64,000 nt of DNA from the human T2T-CHM13v2.0 reference genome, Homo sapiens: assembly GCF_009914755.1 (NCBI RefSeq), contig NC_060932.1, one strand, 5' to 3'. The notes beneath the pieces were generated by a model that saw only the letters and a list, made by a program, of their open reading frames with translations, had not been told where the DNA came from and made no database searches. How positions within the stretch are numbered: the stretch's first letter is position 1; the number at the start of each line of letters is the position of its first letter. Below are positions 28,491 to 41,425 of the stretch, in pieces. Made by a program: the position numbers and the translations under genes.

Positions 28491-30358
28491 TTTAGCCCCC
28501 GCTATCATTTACTTGATCACTCTGCAAAAGTAATTTCCCTTCCCAGTATTCATTGTGACTTGCGATTGTGATTTTTATAACTTTAAGAGAAATAAAAGCT
28601 GTCTGTTACTCCTTCTAAAGGAGACCTCAGAAATAGGTGGAAACTGTTTTCTTACTTAGTTTTCATAAAACTACTGTTATTAATTTTTTTAAAAAGTTGG
28701 TCTTGCTGGATTGCTGAACAAATTATAAAATGAGATTATCAGCAAGCCACTAATTCCAGAAGTTTCTTTGCTCTCTAGACGTTAGTTCCCATTTGAGGGA
28801 ATGAACTTGGTTAAGAGGGTTCTTTTACAAAGCTGAAAGATACCACTTTTTGTTACCGATGATCTGACGTGAACCCAAATGGATTAAAACAAAAAAAAAA
28901 ATCAAGTCACTGAAAAAAGTTACTTTTACTTTTCCATTTAAATTAAAGGCTTTTATTCGACCACACAAGTTAAACCTGCTCATAAAGTCTATCATGAGTC
29001 TCAATTGCTTTTTAAATATATCAAAATTGGATCCTAAGTAGAATTCATATATATATAGTTTTGACTAGTACTGTAACTGAATGTAAATCATTGCAGGACA
29101 GGAACATACAATGGATTTGTATCAACTTCACCAGGGAAGGGTGCTAGCTTCTTCTGACTAGGACCATAATTAGTTAATGGATATGAGGTCAAAGCATTTC
29201 ATAAAAATTACTGAGCTCCTCCTGTTCCCCAAAAAAGGAAACTAAAAAAATACACTGATTGGAGAAGTTCCCACTAGCATTAAAAAAATGAACTGAAAGT
29301 CAGATAAAATATAAAAGAGGGTCAATGCTTTTCAGGATAGTCAGCTGACTATTTCAACTGAGGAAATATGGGGTTTTTATATTAGGGTAGCACACGAGCC
29401 TAATACATTTTCGTAATTGAAAATGTTTAGCGTGCTAGCCTAATATGAGAACCCCATTCCCACCAAACAATGGTAAATATTACCAGCTGTTATCAGTCCT
29501 TGAAGACTAAGCTTCCATTTTTGCTTTAAAAAAAATTATTAATTCTAAGCCAAATGGCACATTTTTTTTAAAAGTGTATTTAAGTCCGATGTTACCGCAA
29601 GCTTACAAACCTATTCCCATGGAAACAGGTTTGGATACTTATGTATTATTTGGACGACAGTAGTCACGTGATCAGCCTTTATGTATACCAATGTTTTGCA
29701 AGGTTTTTTGTCTCAATGTCTTACTATCAGGACCTTGTAACAAAATAGCCAGTCTTCTCACACATCTTAACTCTTCGACACAATGTATTTTATGTATCTT
29801 AATACACTGATTTTGTGGGAAATCTTGTTTTATGTTAAAAAAAATCTTCAAAAATGGTAAGCCACTAATTTCAGAAGTTCCTTTGCTTTCTAGAAGTTAC
29901 TAGCTATTTTGATATTTCCATGTTGTGACTCGTACAAAGCAATGTCATTAGACACACAAAATTATTTTTAACTTTTGCACTTAGGACTTTCCCTAAAATA
30001 TAACATTACACAATAGATTCAACCCATTTTCCATTGTCACCAAACAGCAACCAAAAAGACCGAAGAGACTTAATAAAGACAGTAGTCACTTGTTCTTATT
30101 CTGAAGACAGAAAACTTAACACCAGGTAAAGGAAATGGAATAAAATAAGCTAAATGCATGAGGTAGGCCCCTAACTTCTGACAACACGCCCCATCGATTT
30201 CCTTTCTGAAAGCAGAAATTCAAACGAACCAACCACCTGCTTTTGGACAGCTCAACTTAGGACTTGCTCTCAAGCCAACACAATTTTCTACAAAATCGTA
30301 GGCAGCTACAACCGCTCCTTGATTAAATGCGACAAACTGGAGGGAAAAAGTCACTTAC

Positions 30359-30412
30359 AAATACCTACATGCTGGTTTTTAATGCAACTCTCAGTGTGGT
30401 TTTCCGAGGGGG
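30359..30412 (-). other. Candidate alternative 5'UTR cassette exon of ZNF706
   Basis: Long polypyrimidine tract CTCGTTTCTTCCACTACTTCCCTCTTTGCAG| at 30413/30412; donors TAG|GTATTT (30365/30364) or TTT|GTAAGT (30359/30358). Confidence 0.55.
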
Positions 30413-30639
30413 CTGCAAAGAGGGAAGTAGTGGAAGAAACGAGTTCTAAAATGAGGCGCTCTCGTAGGAGGCAACAAGTAAGCTCTGCCCCAAAGCTCCT
30501 TTTAAAACCAACATAAATGAGTAACAGAAGAAAAGGATTTTGGGTCCAGGAAGTAGGCTCATTCTCCATAACCATCGGAAAGGAAGAGGCCCAGGCAGCG
30601 CTCCACATCCTGACCCTAGCTTTTAACACCATCGTTTTG

Positions 30640-32000
30640 GGGAGAGGAGAGGAGGAACGCACCCACAGTGAGGTCTCCACCCAACACTTCTCCGACCCCA
30701 GCTTCAGCCTGGCGCACCTTCCTTCCCAAACCCGCCTCTCCCGCCTCGGAGACCCCCTCCTCCTCCCTGCCACCAAAGGCCACGCAGCCCCCATCTAGCC
30801 AGTCCTCACGGACCCTGGACCAAGACGCGCCTCCTGGAGGCCGAGACTGCCCGAAACCCGGCCCCTGCGTCCACCGGGAGCGCCACACTCTGGCAGCTGA
30901 CCGGCGGCTGTCGCCGGGGGTAAGGTTACCGCTCCGCTTCCGCGGCTGGCCTGCGACCCGGCCACCTGCAGGGCCTGGCAGGCGCCCGAACTCATCCCCT
31001 TCCCGCGGCCCGCCCCGGGCCGGGCCCTGCCGCCCCCCGCGACCCCTCGCGACCCGCGGCGAGTCCCACGGTCCCCACCGCCCCCCGCTGGCCGGCCCCC
31101 GCCCCGTTTCCCGGGCGTCCCGCGGCGTCAGCACCGCCCCCGCTGCCGCTCACCCGGGCCGGGACAGTCTTGCGTCGGAGAGACAGTGCAGCGCGAGAGG
31201 GCCGGGAGAGGACGCCGGAGGGAAAGGAAGGGGGAGCGCGCCCAGCACCGCTTGGGCCTCCTCCACCCGCTCAGGAGGGGAAACACGAGAGCCGGGAGCA
31301 CAACAGCCTCGCACGCCCGCCGCCGCCGCGCGCCCGCCGCCGCCTCAGCCTTAGGGGAGACCACTACGCCTCGTGCCCGCGCACGCCGCGCCGCTCTCCT
31401 CGGCGCCCCCGCCCCGCCTGCTCCTCGCAGCCCCGCCCATGTGCCTTTCTGCGGCTGCCTCCTTCTGGCCCCCACCCCGCTCGCACGCCTGCGCCCTGGC
31501 TGGTCGCGCGGGCCAATGGCAGCGCGCCCCTATTACATAAGCGCGAGGGGGCGGGCCCTGGCTGACACAAACTTCAGGGGACGTCGCCTTCTGTCCCCAG
31601 GCGCCCCTCCTCTCCGGCGCGCTCGGTCCGGGCGGCTTCTTCACCCAGCCCTGGGAGCCACGTGATCCCGGTCCTGGTTGGTGACCGGGCCGCGGCGTGT
31701 TTCACAAGTCGCTCGCTCGCTCATCCACTCGGGCGGCGGCCGGGCCTCAGGCGCTGCGACCCTTTTCCCGCTCCTCCCAGGCTGACGCGCCCGTCTCGGC
31801 GCCGCCCTCCTCGGCACCGACTGAGGCGCTGGCCCGGGAGCGGATCGCGGGGCCGCGGTGGCTGAGTCACATTCCCGGAGCCCCGCCACCCAGGACACCG
31901 CGGCCCCGGCCCCCAGCGAGCCCGGCGGACCCAGCGGCTCTGAACGCGGACGCACAGCCTTTGTTCTTTCACAGCCGCCCTTTACCTCACTCCCATGGAA
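30640..32000. promoter_or_regulatory. CpG island promoter of ZNF706
   Basis: Very high GC and CpG density; CCAAT 31513-31517, TTACATAA 31533-31540, GC box about 31548-31555, CACGTG 31659-31664, GCTGAGTCAC 31861-31870. Confidence 0.92.
31154..31450 (-). other. ZNF706: ZNF706 non-coding exon 1 (TSS approximate)
   Basis: Donor CCGG|GTGAGC at 31154/31153; splicing to 27461 gives CCGGATATGG (G at -3, G at +4). Confidence 0.8.
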
Positions 32001-32042
32001 ACCCCAGGTGTTTTCCCAAGCTGGGGGCTTTTAGTGAGTTCA

Positions 32043-32483
<441 letters not shown>

Positions 32484-33516
32484 TTAAAGTTCTTTGCGCG
32501 CGCTCTCTCTCCATTTACAGGCAGTGGCAGCAAACTTTCAATATCTGACAAGAGCAATGGCGATTATAACCATGATTAAAATTGCTGAATATCTGGAAAC
32601 AGTACTTTAGACATCAGCTTTATTGTGCATACTTACCCCCGACCCCCGCCACATTCGTTTCTAATTAGAACTACTAGTGACAAAGGAGAAAAAAAAAAAG
32701 TGTTTGCATTGGCTGTTCTCACCTTGCCTGTAGTGCCGTTTCCCAAGTTTGCGTGGCAGTGCCCAGGAAATGTTGGCTGAATATTAGTATATCCCAAATG
32801 ACTTGGACTGGGCTATAGATACCACAGAATTGTTTAAACTAGCCAGGAAGGAGTTAGCTGCCTATTGCATTTGAGTGGAGAAAAATACGAAATGAAACAT
32901 GGCATGCAGTGATCCGGGTGTTCAGTTCTCCCTCTTCATCCTCATTTCAGCTTCTCTCACCTTCACTTTTTATGCTCTGACTTCCTTCTTGCAGTTTTAA
33001 ATTACTCTCTAGTCCTAGATTGTAAGATTATTTTCATCAGGGAATACGCAGTATGTTAAACATAGTAGACGTTGAATAAATGGATATTGATCAAATGAAC
33101 CGAGTATGTCTGAAGAAAGCAGCTTTTAAATTGACATAGCATGAAGCTCTAGCTTAGTCACTAATAGTCACTGTAACCTTAATGGTTGTGTTAATCTGGC
33201 TGATAGAGGGATGGGTACTTGTTGGCCCTAGAAATGGGAACTTCAAAGATCTGTGTTTATCTAGCCGTGAATGACAGTAGACAGTGGAAAGGGACAGTGA
33301 AATTTGTGTGGCAGAGATATGTCTTCTTAACTAAAGAGGTGACTCCTATTGTGAAGTAGGTTAATATGTCACTCTTTACCATGGCCTAGATGAAATATGT
33401 ATTCAAGCTAGTGTTTCTTAAGTTTTTGAGTCATAACTCCTTTGAGAATTTGGTGAAAGCTATTGACTTTGCCCCCAGAAAGTTCATGTACTTATCATGT
33501 AACTTATCCTCATAGG

Positions 33517-33737
33517 TAGTGTTTCTTAATCTCAGCACCGTTGAAATTTGGGCTGGATGATTCTTTATTATGGGGCTCTGTGAGACCTGGGGATTGTAGG
33601 ATGTTTAGCAACATCCCTGTCTCCTACCTGCTTATCCAAGTAGCACCTCATCTCCAGTTGTGACAACTAAAAATGTCTCCAGACATTGTGAAATGTTCTC
33701 AGGGGGTCAAAGTCTCCCCTGATTCAGAACCACTGCC
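33517..33737. mobile_element. MER20 hAT-Charlie element (with a Charlie fragment at about 33408-33490)
   Basis: GATGTTTAGCAACATCCCTG and GTTGTGACAACTAAAAATGTCTCCAGACATTG. Confidence 0.85.
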
Positions 33738-34659
33738 TAGAGGATATGGCATAATGGTAACTTTATGTGATGGTTAGGGAATTTGAAAAAAAAAAAAAAA
33801 AAAAAGAAACAAGGAATGGATAAGATTCAACATCTGTGAAGTGACACTCAGTAAATGAAAGGCGGATGAATTAGCATTACTACCAGCTGGTGTCCTACTT
33901 ATGTTATAGAAATGTGACAGCAAATGTGATATGAACTCCTTAGAAGCATTTTTATACACATTGCTGGCTTTAATTGTGAATGCTACAGTAACTCTCCTGA
34001 CTGTTTTTCTTCTTCTGCCTTTAGACAATTACCCAAGGTTAAGATGCAATAAACATGTGCCTATTTTCTATCCAAAATCTCAATCAGATTAAAATGCTTC
34101 TCTAAAGACCTGAAAGGCTTATTTGTTTATTTGTATTCATGTAGGATTTGGGGGGATGAAAGAATTGGTGATTAATCAACATATTATTTTCCCAATAAAC
34201 AGACTATTCTGACAAATGTTTAGTGGCAAATAATAGCAACAGCAATAATGGCAACAATAAACTTAGAACAGAAATGGATTTATTTTTATTTATTTATTTT
34301 TTACCAGCTCTTTCTCTTTCACTCGCTTCTGCATGTTGAGATTTCTCACACATGCAACCTAGATCTTCTTGTCTTCTTTATATTCTTTCTCCAAAGGAAT
34401 CTCATTCACTGTTGTGCCTTTAAATAGCAAGCTTCAGGTGACCCCCACATTTCTATCTCCAAATTGACATATCCAAATGCCTACTACTCATCTCCCCTCT
34501 GATGTCTTATAGACATTCACATTTAATAGCATATTGTATTGAGTCTAAGGAGCCATTAATTGTAAGTCACATTTATGTCCACTAAGATTAAAAAATACTG
34601 CCAACTGAACTATGACAAAATGCTGATATCCTTGATTCTAAGATACATCTTGATTTCAG

Positions 34660-36440
<1,781 letters not shown>

Positions 36441-36629
36441 GTCCTTCCTTGAGCCCCCATCTGAATGAGGAGTCCTTGTACTTTTCATCCTTTGAATTTA
36501 TCATGCAATATTATGTATTGTTTCATGAAATGTTTTACATATATATGTATATATAATGTATATGTGTATATATAATGTATATGTGTATATATATAAATTT
36601 GTAGAATTTCTCCTTTCCATTTGATTCCT

Positions 36630-37175
36630 AAAACAATAACCTGTAACACCTGTGCTGTACTTACTATCTACCAGGCACTGTTATATATGCTTTATATATT
36701 TTGATTCATTTAACCTTCTCAACAACTCTTATGTAGCTGAGGTACAAAATGGCTAAGTTATCTAAGATTACACAGCTAGTAAGTAGAAAAGCTAAGATTT
36801 GGCTCCTGGCAGTCTTTTTCCTGAGGCTGAGCCGTGGTCCTGTGTATACTATAAGGGTGGTTCTGTATCTGTTCTTTTTATCCCTGTGTAGCCTGTATTT
36901 AGCATAGCATCTGGCATGATGTAGGTACCCAATAAATATTTGTTGAATGAATGTAAGTCTGAATGATTCCTTTAAACTCGGTTAGGAGACCTCCTAGGTA
37001 TCACAGATTATGATGTACTTCCCTAAAAATAGCACTTATCTCACTGTGTTGTACTTGCCTGTTTATCCATAGAAGATGAGCTCCCTCAGGTCCTGAGTTA
37101 TGTCTTGTTAACCAGCATCTAGTACAGTGCCTGGCACCTAGCAGGTAGTTAATAAGTATCTGTAAATGGATGAAA
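36630..37175. mobile_element. MIR and L2 fragments
   Basis: CCAGGCACTGTT...CACAGCTAGTAAGT (MIR); AATAAATATTTGTTGAATGAATG and AGTGCCTGGCAC (L2 ends). Confidence 0.7.
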
Positions 37176-37239
37176 TAAGAGAGTGGATTGTGAATGAAAT
37201 TACAAGTATCAGTGACAATCCGTGAGGCCAGTATTTGAA

Positions 37240-39750
37240 AATGATTACCCCTGCCATCCAGTTAAAGATAGAGGCTTGAACACATGCATTTACCTCTACC
37301 CTTTGTTGGAATCCCACTAAAAATAATGGTAAAGGAGTTTATAAGAAAGCATAAACTCCTTTACCATTGAAGAAAAGAAAACAGAAGAGAAGAATGTAGC
37401 AGAATTTTGGAAGCTGCAAAGTAAGTAAACAAGTGGTAACTGATTTAGGAGAGAAGAGGGTTTCTGGACTGAAGGGGCAGCAAGCATGAGTGGGGGTAGC
37501 AAAACAGAGGACTAAATGAAAATTTAAGTTGAATGTTGAGAGACACTTCACCATCTCAGCTCTGAGAATGGAAACAGACAATCTTATACCTCCAGCCAGA
37601 AAACTGAAAGAGTTTTCTTGGGGATTAGAACCCAACTCAATGGAAATACCTAAAGATACTGATACTTGGGATTGCCCAATAAGACAGCACAGCCAGGTAA
37701 TCCTGCAACAAATCCCATGTTTGAAAAGTGGCACCTGCATGTATCAGTCTTCCAATCAGATGTCTAGTGCCCTGTTCTTAAATGTGAGCACACAGCCAAG
37801 GATAACCAAACATTTGAGGAAAACCTCTTATATGAAACACAGAGTCCCCAAAGTTGCAGAGAAAAAAGCAAGAGAAAACAAACTATGCTGGGAGAAGAAA
37901 ACTTCAAGAGAACCATCAGAGGGACACGAACTCACAGAGATGATAACATGGTGTGTCCTGGAAGCTATTTTAAAATAAAGGAACAATGAGAGAAAACAAC
38001 TACAAAAAAGATACTGGAAAAGTTTATCTCATCTGTCTGTCTGTCTGTCTGTCTATCTAACTACCTACCTACCTATCTGCTAGTAGAAATGGAAACTCAA
38101 GAAAGGGTGGAAGGTAAAATTAAGAAAATATCCTAGAAAGTTGGCTCTTGAACAACATGGGTTTGAACTGTGTGGGTGCACTTATACGTGGATTTCCTAC
38201 TGCGTCTGCCATCCCTCAGACAACAAGATCAATCCCTGCTCTTTTTCCTCCATCTCAGCCTACTTAATATGAAGATCATGAGGATAAAAACCTTTATGAT
38301 GATCCACTTTCACTTAATGAATATTAAATATATTTTCTCTTGCTTACGATTTTATTAATAATATTCTTTTCTCTAGTTTGCTGTATTGTAAAAAATAGTT
38401 GTATAACACATATACAAGATATATGTTCATTGAGTATGTACATTATTAGTAAGGCTTCAGGTCAATGGTAGGCTATTAGTAGTTAAGTTTCTGGGGAGTC
38501 AAAAGTTACATGTAGGTTTTTGACTTTGTGGGGAGATTGGTGCCCCTAATCCTTGTATCATTGATGGTTCAACTGTAGAATGAAAAGACAAAGAGTTAGA
38601 AAATATGAAAGAAAAGACAATAGAATTAAAGGGTAATTTCAGGAGACCCAATATTCAACTAATAGAAATTCCAGAACAGAAAAACTAAGAGGAAATTATT
38701 TTTTAAAGAGCTATTAATAACCGAATTGCCAGCTGAAGGCCCCCAAAGAGTGCTAGTACACTGGATGGGTAAAACCCACACCAAGGCACATCTAAATGAA
38801 ATTTCAGAACACTAGCAATAAAGGGGATAGCCTATAAGCTTCCAGAGAGGAAAAAATAAATTAGTTTCATTGAAGAATTAAAAACCAGAATGTTACTGGT
38901 TTTCTCAACAGCAATATTGAAAATTAGAAAACAGTAGAGAAAGATATACAAGGTATCACACTATTTACCTCCTGGTCACCCTTCCTCACTGAACTTATTG
39001 AAGGATATGGGCCACCAAAGTGAGGGAGTAAAGGAAGTGGATGATGTGGGCTCCATCGCAAGAGAGAGATGAAGGAAATATGCAAGAAGAGAATGAAGGT
39101 CCCAAGATGGCAGCCCAGAGAAGCCTAAAGACTAACCAGTATAGTTTTTGCTGAAGAAATTTCAAGTAAATGAAATTTATAGGATACCTCCTGAGTATGA
39201 ATTTATGGAGAGCTTTTATAACTTGGATCGAATTTGTAATAAGAACCTTTAAAAAAGCAAAGCATAAACAAAACAATTATCAGCTACTGGGAAGATTAAA
39301 TGTTGTGAAAGAAATACAAGTTAATGATAGTGTATTACATGGCTCAGCAGTGACTAGCATTTACATAATGATGTAAATATGAATCAAACCACAGTTCTAA
39401 ATGCCAATATAACTTTATTGGGAGGATAGGGAAATGAGAGGTTTTATGTGTGGTGGGGACAAGTGGTGGGGGTTGGGGAAGTGAAAGAAAGGTAAATTCT
39501 ATCTGCCATAGTGGAAAGTCCACAGACAATGCCTAAGACTGGGGGAAAATTTCAAGAAATAGTAGTGTGAGAATGTTATTTAGAAGTATGTAGATAAAGA
39601 TCAAAAGACTTAACTAAAAGGAATTTTAAGTAGCTGTTGCTGAGAAGAGGGAATTTGGCAAGAAACAAACTGTTTTTCATAACTAGTGCTATAGGACTAG
39701 TTGAATTTTTAAACTGTGCATTTTTACTGTGATAACACAAACTAAATTAA
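37240..39750 (+). mobile_element. HAL1 / old L1 ORF1-like element interrupted by Tigger2a
   Basis: ORF1-like CCACACCAAGGCACATC...GAAATTTCAGAACAC and AAGCTTCCAGAGAGGAAAAAA. Confidence 0.6.
38139..38577 (+). mobile_element. Tigger2a (MER28) DNA transposon
   Basis: AGTTGGCTCTTGAACAAC start, TCAACTG-TA end, typical body. Confidence 0.85.
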
Positions 39751-39801
39751 ACAAAATGATTTTTTTATTTCTAATAATGTTCTAACCATGTTTGTTTCTA
39801 G

Positions 39802-39934
39802 GCAATATGTGTGACTTCACAGTCCTCTGTACTTCAGAAAGGTGGATGATTAAGTCCAGGTATTATAATAAGTGCAGATATTGTTAGCACCCTTGGCGTC
39901 TCTTTGCAATTAGAGTCTCTACTTTTCATTCCAG
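39802..39934 (+). pseudogene. STRA6-like pseudo-exon: AICVTSQSSVLQKGG*LSPGIIISADIVSTLGVSLQLESLLFIP(G)
   Basis: Branch-like TTCTAAC, acceptor TTTCTAG|, donor CAG|GTAAGG; one in-frame TGA. SVLQK...PGIIISADIV resembles STRA6L SFLQR...FGIVIPLDFV and STRA6 RPGLPSPVDFL. Confidence 0.7.
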
Positions 39935-40161
39935 GTAAGGACATGCCTTTATGTTTAACCATTCCATTTTTTGAGTTCTCTACATACCATTCTAATAGTT
40001 AGGCACTCAGGCAGCTGAACAAACTACGGAGGAAGGAGCATCCAAATTAAATGTGCCCATCCTTTCTGTCTTTCCATCATTACTCTTGAGCAGGGGGCAA
40101 AAACAAACACGCAAATCAAGAATGGAGTGATTCATTCTTCTTCAGGTAGGAATTCATACAG

Positions 40162-40430
40162 GTGTCTTTTGGGTGAGGGCTTTTGCCTTGATCTTAAGCA
40201 TAACACTCTCTTGATTTGATGGATGGCTTTGATTTTTTCTGAAATCTATTGACTGCATTGGTGATAACAGGATGACCTCACACAGAGAAATCTGTCCTGA
40301 GAATGGCTTCTGTAGTTTTTCCTAACTTCTGATGATTCGTATAGATATTTTTATAATGTCTCCACTTTGAACCATTACTTTGAAGGAGAGAAGACAATAA
40401 AAAAGAGAGAAAGTTTAGTTAGACTCTAAA
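40162..40430 (+). pseudogene. STRA6-like pseudo-exon: (G)VFWVRAFALILSITLS*FDGWL*FFLKSIDCIGDNRMTSHREICPENG...
   Basis: Acceptor TACAG| is phase-compatible with the preceding exon. WVRAFALIL resembles STRA6L WAQAFVLFI, and EICP resembles SQCP. 3' end uncertain. Confidence 0.6.
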
Positions 40431-40866
40431 ATGTAACCACTTTTTGGCCAATTAATACTTTTTGTCTATTAATACTTTTAATTACATGCTTAATTATATT
40501 CTATATTTGATTTCAATAGTAGTTAAGCCATTCAGGCTCAGAAGAATTTTTAATGACAGATTACTCAGATATAAAATAAAAGAGTTAATCTGAGTGACTT
40601 CCAAGACCCCTTCTAGTGCTTGAACTTCTATGATTGATGGCTCAACAGGAACTTCAGGTTTTTTAAAAAAGAACTTTATTTATGAAAGGCAGAATCAAAA
40701 TCATTCAAAACTCCATCTGTATGAAAATTTGAAACCAAGGCAGTTTACTATTTACATAGAAAATAAAAATGAAATTTCTATGTTTTATAAAGGAAGACTA
40801 AGTGATTGAGGAATAAATAGAAAATAGCATGAACTAAGGGGAAATACTTGTTGAAACTTCTGTGAC

Positions 40867-41425
40867 TGTGTTAATCATGTTTTTTATTTTCTGTATCTTA
40901 TGATGTTTTGACATTTGGGCAGGTCATACAGCCTTGGGGACAGACTGCTCCTCCCAGGGCTAGCTAATTCCTGAAGGAAATAACAACTTACCTAGGAATA
41001 TACATTTCATATGCAATCTCAAGTCTATATCCAAAACTGCCTGCTCTGTCTAACTCTCACACACCAAGCCAATATTTTACCCTGCCCTAATGCATTCCCA
41101 GACCAGATACCAGGCAACTAGAGACCACCCATGTAGGCCAAAGCCCACTGAAGTTATTTAAACTTGCTAGCTCTAAGCTGTTTACTCCATCCTGCCTTGA
41201 AATTCTCCTGGAACCTCCCAAAAAGGCTCTGGCCTAGGCTTTCCTCTTGCTCCTGCTTATGCCTCCTAACCAAACTTAGTGCTTCCCATGTGGCTCTGTG
41301 TGGCATGGCATGCCCCCTTCTCCCAGGACTTGTAAGTAATAAATTATTCTTTCGATGGCATTGGTCTTTCTATGTCATCACTCAGTCACCTCTATAAATT
41401 AAAATCCATGGGTAAAATGAGATAG
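40867..41425 (+). mobile_element. ERVL solo LTR (LTR47-like)
   Basis: GACTGCTCCTCCCAGGGCTAGCTAATTCCT and CATTTCATATGCAA motifs; AATAAA near the 3' end. Confidence 0.7.

Noticed and set aside
32521-32640. Alternative first coding exon of the STRA6-like gene (STLDISFIVH versus SSVDAELFLH)
   Set aside because: Short match with no donor site; cannot be distinguished from chance, so not listed as a feature.
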